Shown here: positions 1-8,184 of the stretch, one piece after another | How positions within the stretch are numbered: the stretch's first letter is position 1 | Layout: each line of letters begins with the position of its first letter | Assembly: GCA_048499955.1 (NCBI GenBank) | Contig: JASNYX010000003.1 | Span: 21,785 to 85,784, forward strand | Direction of reading: 5' to 3' | DNA from: Patescibacteria group bacterium | GTDB lineage: Bacteria; Patescibacteriota; WWE3; 2-01-FULL-39-13 | DNA: 64,000 bases | Notes under the pieces: model-generated | Told to the model about the DNA's origin: nothing | The model's database searches: none | What the model saw: only the letters and a program-made list of their open reading frames with translations | Translations under genes and position numbers: made by a program

Positions 1-22
1 TGGTCGTAGTCAGGATAAACTC

Positions 23-691
23 TTGCCTACCGAATTTATATTGGCATTGCTCAAACATGCTATTTCGAAACACCAGGGTAAGTCTTTGTTTATTGATGGG
101 CTTCCTCGCGACTTAGATCAGATTTCTTATGCATTGTATTTTCGTGATTTGATTAATTACAGAGAAGATCCCGATGTTTTTGTGTTGATAGATATTCCCG
201 AGAATCTAATTAATGAACGAATTAAATATCGGGTGATTTGTCCTGTATGTAAAACGCCGAGAAATGTTCGGTTGCTTGCAACCAAAGAAGTCGGGTACGA
301 CAAAGATAAAGGCGAATTCTATTTACTGTGCGATACGCCTGAGTGCAAGGGAACAAGAATGGTTGCCAAAGAAGGTGACGAATTAGGAATCGAGCCCATT
401 AGATCTCGTTTGGAAAAAGATGAAGAAGTCATGAAGATGGTTTTCAACATACACGGGGTTCCTAAGATTTTATTGAGAAATAACGTTCCGGTAACTGAAA
501 AACAGAGGTACGACGATTACGAAATCACTCCCGGATTTAGCTATGAGTTAGACGAAACTACAGGTAAAGTGAAAATAAAGGAAGAAGCGTGGACATTCAT
601 TGACGACAACGGAGTTGAATCTATCAGCCTTATGGCACCCCCTATGGTTGTAATCTTTATTAAACAGCTAGTGGACGCACTGGAATTATAA
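23..691 (+). CDS. Adenylate-kinase-like protein (NMP-binding DGLPR motif plus Cys4 LID zinc ribbon); no P-loop within the window, and an in-frame TAG lies at 8-10
   Basis: LFIDGLPRD resembles the adenylate kinase DGFPR motif. CPVC...(16)...CDTPEC matches the LID zinc-knuckle spacing. TTG start. The expected N-terminal GxPGxGKGT is absent. Confidence 0.4.
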   Translation: MPTEFILALLKHAISKHQGKSLFIDGLPRDLDQISYALYFRDLINYREDPDVFVLIDIPENLINERIKYRVICPVCKTPRNVRLLATKEVGYDKDKGEFYLLCDTPECKGTRMVAKEGDELGIEPIRSRLEKDEEVMKMVFNIHGVPKILLRNNVPVTEKQRYDDYEITPGFSYELDETTGKVKIKEEAWTFIDDNGVESISLMAPPMVVIFIKQLVDALEL

Positions 692-733
692 AAGAAATAA
701 CTTAAGTGGTGTCCATATGTAAAAGACCGACAT

Positions 734-1129
734 CTACATAAAGTTCACTTCAAAGTTGTACATTCCCATGCTACAAAGCCCTTGAATTGTTCCGGCTTGG
801 GGAGTACCTAGATCAATAATTTCCTCACCCATCTGGGGCAGAATTTTTTGATAACCAATTGATTTGATAACCAAAGCCGCCGAACAATCGTATGTGCCAT
901 TTGTCTTAACGACCAATTTTGTTGGGACGTTTGCTTGTGCTGTAGATATCTTGGGCGAATATCCGCCTTGAGCGTTTATCGTGATATACTGAACGCCATC
1001 TCTTGTTTCAACGTTTTGTGCAAACTCGATGTCGGTCGAGTTGGGATCTTTTTTTGACTGTCCAAAAAACATAATGCCAATACCTACGAGAAGTGCGATC
1101 GTGATGATAATTGAGGCAGTTTTATTCAT
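734..1129 (-). CDS. Membrane-anchored secreted protein, possibly copper-binding (Cys/Met-rich C-terminus), last gene of the copper operon
   Basis: N-terminal TM helix. C-terminal GLCSMGMY motif. Co-oriented directly downstream of copA and the HMA-permease gene. Confidence 0.35.
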   Translation of the reverse strand: MNKTASIIITIALLVGIGIMFFGQSKKDPNSTDIEFAQNVETRDGVQYITINAQGGYSPKISTAQANVPTKLVVKTNGTYDCSAALVIKSIGYQKILPQMGEEIIDLGTPQAGTIQGLCSMGMYNFEVNFM

Positions 1130-1136
1130 ACGTTAA

Positions 1137-2144
1137 TTATATATTAAATAGCGGATTAATAACTCCGAGTCCGGCAAGTCCTCCAAGAAGTGCAAATAAC
1201 CCAAGTCCGATTACAACCACGCCTGCGGATTTAAAAAATAACGTTGCGTGTTTTCCGTGAGCGAATGATGCCGACCCAAAGGAAAGAAGTACAAGCATTG
1301 GTAACGTTCCAAGAGCGAATGCAAGCATAATAAGTAGTCCAGAGATAAATGATCCGCTTCCTAGCGCAGAAATCTGCATTGATTGAGTAAAGCCGCACGG
1401 CAAGAAAAATGTAGCGAAGCCGATGATGAGTGGTGTGAAAGTTTTGTGCTCTATTTTTCTGAAAAAATTAAAGATGCCTGTGGGTAACGCAATTTTATTT
1501 TTTGCAAACACTCCAACCAAATTTAAACCGAGCAATAACATTACGATAGAAGCCAGAATTCCCAGAATTGCCGTAAAAGTAAAATTGACACCGATAGCAC
1601 TGCCGACAGCTCCGAGAACCCCGCCCAATACTGCAAAACTAACTAGCCGCCCAACGTGGAAAAGTAGGAAAGTTTTTGTATCGCTTACATTGTCTTGGGA
1701 TACTTTTACCGATAGAGAAAGCACAAGCCCTCCTACTATCGCCAAACAGCTTGATACTGAAGCAATAAGACCGATGATAAAACTTGTTGTTGGAGTTGTT
1801 TGGCCTCCAATACCAAGATTTAGAATTCCTGATTTTTGCAACAAAAAGAATAGGATAAGGAACGCAAGCCCGATCGGTAGGGCTTTCCAAATAACATCAT
1901 TGTCTTGTTTTCCTTTGATTGATTTTTCTACCGACAGTGCATAGCCATTCGGTTTTATTTTATCTGTAAGCGTTTGTGCTAATTCTTCGGGGCTTTGATC
2001 ATTATTGGTCTGGATTTCAATAGTCTCTCGTTTTAAATTGACGCAAGCATTTTTTATAAAACTTTGTTCACTCAAAACATCTTCAATAAAAATTTTGCAT
2101 GAGGGGCAATGCGTACCGGAAACGTGGAATGTGTATGTTTTCAT
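1137..2144 (-). CDS. Heavy-metal-associated (HMA) domain fused to a DsbD_2/CcdA-like transmembrane permease
   Basis: N-terminal GTHCPSCK (the HMA GMxCxxC-type motif) followed by a multi-TM region. One Cys sits in each of two TM helices (VSSCLAIV and FLPCGF), as in the DsbD/CcdA fold. Confidence 0.6.
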   Translation of the reverse strand: MKTYTFHVSGTHCPSCKIFIEDVLSEQSFIKNACVNLKRETIEIQTNNDQSPEELAQTLTDKIKPNGYALSVEKSIKGKQDNDVIWKALPIGLAFLILFFLLQKSGILNLGIGGQTTPTTSFIIGLIASVSSCLAIVGGLVLSLSVKVSQDNVSDTKTFLLFHVGRLVSFAVLGGVLGAVGSAIGVNFTFTAILGILASIVMLLLGLNLVGVFAKNKIALPTGIFNFFRKIEHKTFTPLIIGFATFFLPCGFTQSMQISALGSGSFISGLLIMLAFALGTLPMLVLLSFGSASFAHGKHATLFFKSAGVVVIGLGLFALLGGLAGLGVINPLFNI

Positions 2145-2146
2145 AT

Positions 2147-4441
2147 TTATAATTTTTTCGCCTTAATTCGAAGGGAATTCGACACTACTGATACTGACGA
2201 CATCGCCATGGCAAAGCCAGCAAACACAGGATTCAAGAGCCAACCGAATACTGGATACAAAGCTCCGGAGGCAAGAGGAATACCGACGATATTATAGATA
2301 AATGCCCAGAACAGGTTCTGCCTGATTCCTTGCATGGTGATTTTCGAGAGCTTGATTGCTTTAACAAGCTTTGAAATATCTCCACCAAGAAGTGTGATCC
2401 CGGCTGATTCTATTGCTACATCCGTTCCGGTTCCCATGGCGATACCTACATCCGCTTGAGCGAGTGCGGGTGCGTCGTTTACTCCGTCACCAGCCATTGC
2501 TACCATTCGACCCTGCGACTGAAGCTCTTTTACCTTTTCGAGTTTGTCCTGAGGTAGTACATGAGCCACAACATCATCGATGCCAACCAGCGATCCGATA
2601 TATTTGGCGGCCTTTTCATCATCACCGGTAAGCATAACAACTTTAATGCCAAGAGCATGGAGGTTTTTTACTGCTTCAACTGATTCTGTTTTTATTTCAT
2701 CCGCGACCATCACAAAACCAAGCACTCTCTCCGATGTTGCAAGAATGACCGGTGTTTTGCCCTGCGAAGTAAACTCGTTAAGTAAAGCTCTATCAAAAGG
2801 AATATTGAGATCACTAACAAGCTTTGCATTTCCGACAAAGTATTCCGTGCCGTTAATTTTCCCCTTAAGCCCTTTGCCCTGCATGATTTCGAAACCTGAA
2901 GACTCGGAGATAAGAATGTTCTTCTTCTCGGCATAGTTCACGATCGCGTGGGCAATTGGGTGTTCTGATTTCTTTTCAAGTGACGCTAGAATCGATACCA
3001 GTTCATCATCTTTTTGATTTGAAAGGTTTTGAATATCGACGAGCGTCGGCTTGCCACGGGTTAATGTTCCTGTTTTATCAACTACGACCGTATCAACCTT
3101 ATGTAGTTTTTCAAGCGTGGCGGCATCTTTAATAAGGATGCCTTCTTTTGCTCCTTTGCCTACTCCAACTATGATCGCCGTTGGTGTGGCAAGGCCGAGG
3201 GCACACGGACATGCAATGACTAGAATACCCATGAACGAAACGAGACCGAATGATAAAGCCTGGGAGAATCCAAGATATTGTGATCCAACAATGAGCCAGG
3301 CACTGAGCGAAAGAAAGGCGATCACCAAAACAATCGGCACAAAGACTGACGAAATTTTGTCTGCGAGTGCCTGTATCGGAGCCTTGCTTCCCTGAGCCTC
3401 CTCAACCATCTTGATGATTTGGGCGAGTAGTGTTTCTGATCCGACTTTTGTTACTTTAAATGTAAACGATCCACTATTGTTTATTGTTCCGGACACAACA
3501 CTGTCTCCGATCTTTTTCTGTACAGGCATCGGTTCTCCAGTGACCATAGATTCATCAACAAAAGAACTACCGTCAGTTATTACACCGTCCACGGGAATCT
3601 TTGCCCCCGGCTTTACGATGATTAGATCGCCGTGCTTTACGTCATTGATTGATATTTCTGTTTCTTTACCATTGCGGATAACAAGTGCAGTCTTGGCTTG
3701 CAAATTAAGGAGTTTCTCTATGGCGTCACCTGTTTTTATTTTTGATCGAGCTTCCAAGTATTTGCCGAGCGCAATGAAAGTGATAACCACGATCGTCACG
3801 TCGTAGTATTGATAATCGACGTTTATAAAAGGTCGAAGAGTTTCTTCAAGTGCTGTAACTGCAAAGCTGTATAAAAAGGCTGCGGTAGTTCCAATACCAA
3901 TGAGCGTATCCATGTTTGCCTTGCCGTGTCTTATAAATCTATAAAAACCAAGTAGGTATGGTTTACCTACGACAAAAAGTATATAGGTGGCTAAGATGGG
4001 CAGGAGATGATGAAAAAATTCTTTTACCACATAACCCATTTCTGATATGATGCCGTACTCCGCAAGAATATCCCAACCCATGACAAAAGCGGCAAAAATA
4101 GCGATAGGAACAGCCGAAAACACTTTTGCTCGCATGTCCGAAACCTCGGCGAACTTTTCCTTTTTAGATTGATTTAGTCCTAAATGAGAAGCATGTTCTT
4201 CTGCTGACATACCCATTTCCTCGGCAGTGGAAGGAATGTCCAACAAATAGCCAAGTGGCTCGATGTGCTTGGAAAGATCATGAGGATTCGTTTTTGACGG
4301 ATCGAAAGAAACTTTGGCTTTTTCTGTAGCATAGTTAACTTCCGCAGATTGTACTCCCGGAACTTTTTTAAACGTTTTCTCGATGACTGATGAACACGAA
4401 ACACAGTGCATGCCTTTTACTTTGTATATTTGTGTATGCAT
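2147..4441 (-). CDS. copA: Copper-translocating P1B-type ATPase
   Basis: N-terminal HMA motif GMHCVSCS. The CPC motif ([12 protein letters not shown]). DKTGTLT phosphorylation site. [10 protein letters not shown] hinge. 764 aa. Confidence 0.9.
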   Translation of the reverse strand: MHTQIYKVKGMHCVSCSSVIEKTFKKVPGVQSAEVNYATEKAKVSFDPSKTNPHDLSKHIEPLGYLLDIPSTAEEMGMSAEEHASHLGLNQSKKEKFAEVSDMRAKVFSAVPIAIFAAFVMGWDILAEYGIISEMGYVVKEFFHHLLPILATYILFVVGKPYLLGFYRFIRHGKANMDTLIGIGTTAAFLYSFAVTALEETLRPFINVDYQYYDVTIVVITFIALGKYLEARSKIKTGDAIEKLLNLQAKTALVIRNGKETEISINDVKHGDLIIVKPGAKIPVDGVITDGSSFVDESMVTGEPMPVQKKIGDSVVSGTINNSGSFTFKVTKVGSETLLAQIIKMVEEAQGSKAPIQALADKISSVFVPIVLVIAFLSLSAWLIVGSQYLGFSQALSFGLVSFMGILVIACPCALGLATPTAIIVGVGKGAKEGILIKDAATLEKLHKVDTVVVDKTGTLTRGKPTLVDIQNLSNQKDDELVSILASLEKKSEHPIAHAIVNYAEKKNILISESSGFEIMQGKGLKGKINGTEYFVGNAKLVSDLNIPFDRALLNEFTSQGKTPVILATSERVLGFVMVADEIKTESVEAVKNLHALGIKVVMLTGDDEKAAKYIGSLVGIDDVVAHVLPQDKLEKVKELQSQGRMVAMAGDGVNDAPALAQADVGIAMGTGTDVAIESAGITLLGGDISKLVKAIKLSKITMQGIRQNLFWAFIYNIVGIPLASGALYPVFGWLLNPVFAGFAMAMSSVSVVSNSLRIKAKKL

Positions 4442-4453
4442 ATTATTTTCTCT

Positions 4454-4723
4454 TCAGCTTATATACTTTGATAATTTCTTCGCTAGCTTTTTTTGTTTGA
4501 CCCGATTGCATCTGATGAAAAACGCAATGACCAAGGTGTGAAGTTTCAGAAGTAGCAGGTTTTCTACGCTAGACAAACCTTGTTTTACTGCCGATGTCTG
4601 CGTGATCACGTCGATGCAATACGTGTCGCTTTCGACCATTTTTTGAAGCCCACGTAGTTGTCCTTCAAGAAGTTTGAGCCGTCGAATGACTTTTGCCTTA
4701 TTTTTATCGTCCATGTATTTCAT
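4454..4723 (-). CDS. csoR: CsoR/RcnR/FrmR-family metal-sensing transcriptional repressor
   Basis: RLKLLEGQLRGLQKMVE...YCIDVITQ matches the CsoR family signature. Start trimmed to the MKYM Met, because the longer ORF would translate through the operator palindrome. Confidence 0.7.
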   Translation of the reverse strand: MKYMDDKNKAKVIRRLKLLEGQLRGLQKMVESDTYCIDVITQTSAVKQGLSSVENLLLLKLHTLVIAFFIRCNRVKQKKLAKKLSKYIS

Positions 4724-4731
4724 GTAAGTAA

Positions 4732-4752
4732 GCATACCCCCTGGGGGTATGC
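4732..4752 (-). promoter_or_regulatory. Putative CsoR operator overlapping the cop operon promoter: GCATACCCCC-T-GGGGGTATGC, with a -35 TTGACA at 4754-4759 and a -10 TATGCT at 4731-4736
   Basis: Perfect 10-bp inverted arms around one central base. GC-rich core with AT flanks, like known CsoR boxes. 17-nt spacer between the -35 and the -10. ATG lies 7 nt after the -10. Confidence 0.6.
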
Positions 4753-4952
4753 GTGTCAATGATTCGAAAACCTGATTGGAAGCTCAGTACACTGTTCAAA
4801 TACCGGGGCTCGGTGAGAGAATCGCGTCTATGATGCAGATATCTGTATGACATGGAAAATATTTGTGGATTCTGAGTCTGGTGGTGGTGAATGTATTAAT
4901 GTTGAGCCATTTGGATAACATTAATTCGGTTCTGAAATTTGATTTTGGTTTC

Positions 4953-5041
4953 TGGCGGAGAGGACAGGGTTCGAACCTGCGCGGAGCTTACGCCCCAACG
5001 GTTTAGCAAACCGCCGCTTTAGACCACTCAGCCACCTCTCC
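4953..5041 (-). tRNA. tRNA-Ser (anticodon GCT), long variable arm, CCA encoded
   Basis: Cloverleaf with 7-bp acceptor stem GGAGAGG/CCTCTCC. Anticodon loop TTGCTAA. Long extra arm. T-loop GTTCGAACC. Confidence 0.85.
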
Positions 5042-5119
5042 ATATGAGTTGAGAATAATTCAATAAAATGAATCATTGCCATTTTAACATGTTTTGCACC
5101 GTTTCATCTTCTGTTAAGA

Positions 5120-5695
5120 TTGAATTATATGGCGAGATTTTTCTTTGTAAGACACGGCGATGCATTCGATGAAAATGGAGTTCAGCTTGATCATTATCCC
5201 CTTAATAATAACGGACGAATACAGGCCCTACAGTTAGCAAAAAGGCTTAGGGACAATAAATTCAACTCTATTTATTGTAGTCGTATTAAACGGTCTATGC
5301 AGACCTGCGAGATTGTTAATGATGTTCATAAGATGGATGTGATCTACACGGCTCAACTCAACGAGGTGGGAGGCCAAATCTGGCCTCAGCCGGGAGTAAA
5401 GGCCGGTGAAGCTGAGCTTGAAAATTATGACATGGCACTCGAGAAGATTTCAAAGTTTTTCGGAAAGCTGGCACTTAACCACAAAGGTGAAGAAGTTGCG
5501 GTTTTTTCGCACGGGAACTGGATACGTGTGTTGTTAAGCTATATTCTGGCAAACGGATCGCCTGAAACTTTTTTCCATTTTGTGATACATAATACTTCGT
5601 TAACAATTGTTGATGTTGATGATATTACCGGGTACCCGAGCATAATTTCCGTTTCGGATGCTGCCCATACCCATTTATATGATTCACATATATAA
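5120..5695 (+). CDS. Histidine phosphatase (phosphoglycerate mutase) superfamily protein
   Basis: N-terminal FFVRHGDA catalytic RHG motif. About 190 aa. Confidence 0.65.
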   Translation: MNYMARFFFVRHGDAFDENGVQLDHYPLNNNGRIQALQLAKRLRDNKFNSIYCSRIKRSMQTCEIVNDVHKMDVIYTAQLNEVGGQIWPQPGVKAGEAELENYDMALEKISKFFGKLALNHKGEEVAVFSHGNWIRVLLSYILANGSPETFFHFVIHNTSLTIVDVDDITGYPSIISVSDAAHTHLYDSHI

Positions 5696-5750
5696 GTTGA
5701 TATTCTTAACGCCATCGTCTAAGTCTTGTGCTAAAATCTAGCTATTAAAT

Positions 5751-6305
5751 ATGAGTCTGCAATCCGTTACCGAAGCCTTTTTAAATAAGCCTAAAGAAAC
5801 TCCGCCTGGTGAGATTCTGCGTCCCTCAGTCACACTTTTTGAGTGGGAAGCCCCTGATCGTGTTTTCAAAAAGCATTCGCGTGAATTTTACCGAAGATTG
5901 GCCGTTATAATAACTTTTTTCGCTCTGATGTTGATTTTTATAAAAGATTTTGTTGTGGTGGTAGTTCTAGGTGTGGTTTTCTTTGTTGTGTATGTTTTTA
6001 ATACTGTTCCACCTAAGCGGGTTATCCATAAAATTACAACAAACGGTGTTATCTTTGGGTCTGAGCACAGCTACGCATGGAGTGAGCTTAAAAGCTTTTT
6101 TATTGAGAAACGTGACGGTTTAGATATGTTGGTAATTGACACTCAAGATCCGCTTCCAGGTAGGATTTATTTTATTCTGGATGCTGCAGTCGACAAGCCT
6201 AAGTTGATTGAGGAAATTAATAAGCATATATCTTTTCAGGAAAATCCCCAAAAGAACATTTACGAAGAATTCGTGAGACGCATCGGTTCTCGGATGCGTA
6301 TATAG
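5751..6305 (+). CDS. Hypothetical membrane protein
   Basis: Long ORF with two predicted TM helices. No recognisable motif. Confidence 0.4.
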   Translation: MSLQSVTEAFLNKPKETPPGEILRPSVTLFEWEAPDRVFKKHSREFYRRLAVIITFFALMLIFIKDFVVVVVLGVVFFVVYVFNTVPPKRVIHKITTNGVIFGSEHSYAWSELKSFFIEKRDGLDMLVIDTQDPLPGRIYFILDAAVDKPKLIEEINKHISFQENPQKNIYEEFVRRIGSRMRI

Positions 6306-6403
6306 TAACCCTAAGATCTTTGTTGATAAAAATTCCACTTATAAAATATCAAACTGAGTTATTAGTTTTAACTGATTTCTAAGCTGTATAGAATGTCTTT
6401 TGT

Positions 6404-6491
6404 TGGCGGAGAGGGAGGGATTTGAACCCTCGTGCCCTTTCGGACGCAGGCTTTTCGAGAGCCGCCAGTTCAACCGCTCCTGCACCTCTCC
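6404..6491 (-). tRNA. tRNA-Ser (anticodon CGA), long variable arm, CCA encoded
   Basis: Acceptor stem GGAGAGG/CCTCTCC. Anticodon loop CTCGAAA. Extra arm. T-loop GGTTCAAATCC. Confidence 0.8.
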
Positions 6492-6543
6492 AATGGATGT
6501 AATTTTAGCAAAAAATCTTGATATAATAACGGTATTCTTTTGA

Positions 6544-6620
6544 GTACCCGTAGCTCAGTCGGATAGAGCGCAACTTTGCGGAAGTTGAGGCCACAGGTTC
6601 GAATCCTGTCGGGTGCACCA
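6544..6620 (+). tRNA. tRNA-Arg (anticodon reads GCG), CCA encoded
   Basis: Cloverleaf: acceptor GTACCCG/CGGGTGC, D-loop with A20, anticodon stem CAACT/AGTTG, loop TTGCGGA, T-loop GTTCGAATCC. Confidence 0.7.
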
Positions 6621-6671
6621 TAATATTAAATCTGCCCTCATTTGTTAATTTAGTTATTATATAAAAACACT

Positions 6672-7046
6672 ATGAATCCAACCGATAATACTGAATCTTT
6701 CGTAGATGAAAGAAAACAAATATTGGAAAGTTTGCTGAGGCCACCAGTTATTTATAAGGAAAGTAAAGCTCCATTTGATCCGGAGGTCACATATAGTTTA
6801 CTGGATTTTCATCAGGGGGAAGTTCCATTTGAGGATGATGAACCTCTACCATCAGCAGAGGATATTTTGGGAAACCCGAGCATGGATGGGGTTGTCGTAG
6901 ATACTCATCTTGAGCGTGCAGTGATCATAATGTATGGTGATGGCGAAAAATCACTTATTACCTGTGTTGGAGGTGCTCGAAAAATAGTTTTTTTGCGGGG
7001 CAACCTACATACTAGGCAACAAGCTGCAAGTAGATGGGGGCAATAA
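6672..7046 (+). CDS. Hypothetical protein
   Basis: ORF only. Confidence 0.3.
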   Translation: MNPTDNTESFVDERKQILESLLRPPVIYKESKAPFDPEVTYSLLDFHQGEVPFEDDEPLPSAEDILGNPSMDGVVVDTHLERAVIIMYGDGEKSLITCVGGARKIVFLRGNLHTRQQAASRWGQ

Positions 7047-7217
7047 TGGTAGCAAACTCTTGGTTTTAGCAGAGAGTGCGAGAATTCGATCTTCAGCTAT
7101 GACGCATGTTGTAGAAACTGAAAGTGGTAGATTGTATCCATATTGTGTTAGTGATGTATTTTTGGGTGAGGTTCCGCACGAAGAGTAATTTCAGTTTACA
7201 TAAGGCCGGTTATATTA

Positions 7218-7922
7218 ATGAGCAATATCTTAGTTACAGAACATTCCGAAGAAAACTCATCCCATGAGCTTGCTGCAGGACTCGATCTATTGTTTGGTGA
7301 TCCCATTGCTAATTCACCATATTTCAAAAAAATATGGTGGAAAGAGTTAGGACTTGGATCAAGGGAATACAATATAGACCCTCAGGTGTTTCTTGAAGAT
7401 ATGTATACGACATTAGCTACTCACAGGATTAATGAGCAAGGTGAACTTGTAGTTACTGATTCAGGGTTGGAATCTCCCGAAAGAATTGCCGAGGCGAGAG
7501 TACTTATTGATCACTTCGTGCAACGTGAGCTTTCTCAAATTTTAGAAGGGCAGTTAAGTGTGTCGCCATCGGATACAGAAAGTGAAACTCTTACGGTTAA
7601 CCCGCAAGCTACTGCGCAAGGGATTTTAATGGCAGTTGGAATATACGATGATATGCTTTATTGGGGTTTGAGAACCGGTGTTGAAGAATTTAGAGTAATA
7701 CGAAGGCAGGTTCTTCAGGAAATTGTTTGGGCATACGAACGATATGCTTCAAATACTGAGGGTATTTACGAACTTGTTATGGAACGTATAAAAAGTCGAT
7801 TCACTTCTAAACATATATCTCAGCCTAATATACATAAAGTTAATCCCGAGGTTGCTCGTTGGTATGGAATTAAGAATAAAGTAAAGATGATTCCGACTGA
7901 TAAATTCGGGAGTTATATATAA
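7218..7922 (+). CDS. Hypothetical protein
   Basis: ORF of 234 aa with coding-like composition. No motif recognised. Confidence 0.4.
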   Translation: MSNILVTEHSEENSSHELAAGLDLLFGDPIANSPYFKKIWWKELGLGSREYNIDPQVFLEDMYTTLATHRINEQGELVVTDSGLESPERIAEARVLIDHFVQRELSQILEGQLSVSPSDTESETLTVNPQATAQGILMAVGIYDDMLYWGLRTGVEEFRVIRRQVLQEIVWAYERYASNTEGIYELVMERIKSRFTSKHISQPNIHKVNPEVARWYGIKNKVKMIPTDKFGSYI

Positions 7923-7974
7923 ACTTTGAACCGAAGAATTTGCGAAACTTGTTGTACGCCTATAGAATCGCCTT

Positions 7975-8184
7975 ATGGATGGGATCTCAGAAGTTAAAGA
8001 TAAAATAAATATTGTTGATTAGTTATTGGCGGGTACGTGCAGTTAAAAACGAACCGGAAAAAAATTTCCGAGGGTTGGCGTCTTTTTTTCATAAAGAAAA
8101 AATCCCTCTTTTATCGTTACCGAAGAACTTCAAAGATACAAATGTTTTGGATGTGGCAAAAGCGGAGATATTTTCAATTTCATA
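7975..8184 (+). pseudogene. dnaG: Degenerate 5' portion of dnaG (zinc-binding domain) interrupted by in-frame TAG (8020) and TAA (8044, 8092)
   Basis: In one frame the translation MDGISEVKDKINIVD*LLAGTCS*KRTGKKFPRVGVFFS*RKNPSFIVTEELQRYKCFGCGKSGD aligns co-linearly with the primase N-terminus (..DIVD..KKQG.N...CPFH.EKTPSF......HCFGCG). The first Cys/His ligand pair is lost. Confidence 0.5.

Noticed and set aside
1423-4404. Plus-strand ORFs 1423..1944, 2109..2297, 2413..2631, 2580..2936, 3051..3395 and 3411..3806, and minus-strand ORFs 1639..1890, 2710..2934 and 4180..4404
   Set aside because: All lie inside the well-supported copA and HMA-permease genes in other frames or on the other strand. 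They are Pro/Ser-rich, low-complexity translations typical of antisense frames.
4770-4830. Possible TPP riboswitch fragments (ACCTGAT ... GTGAGAG) upstream of csoR
   Set aside because: The element order and the missing CUGAGA/GGGG core do not fit the TPP aptamer consensus on either strand.
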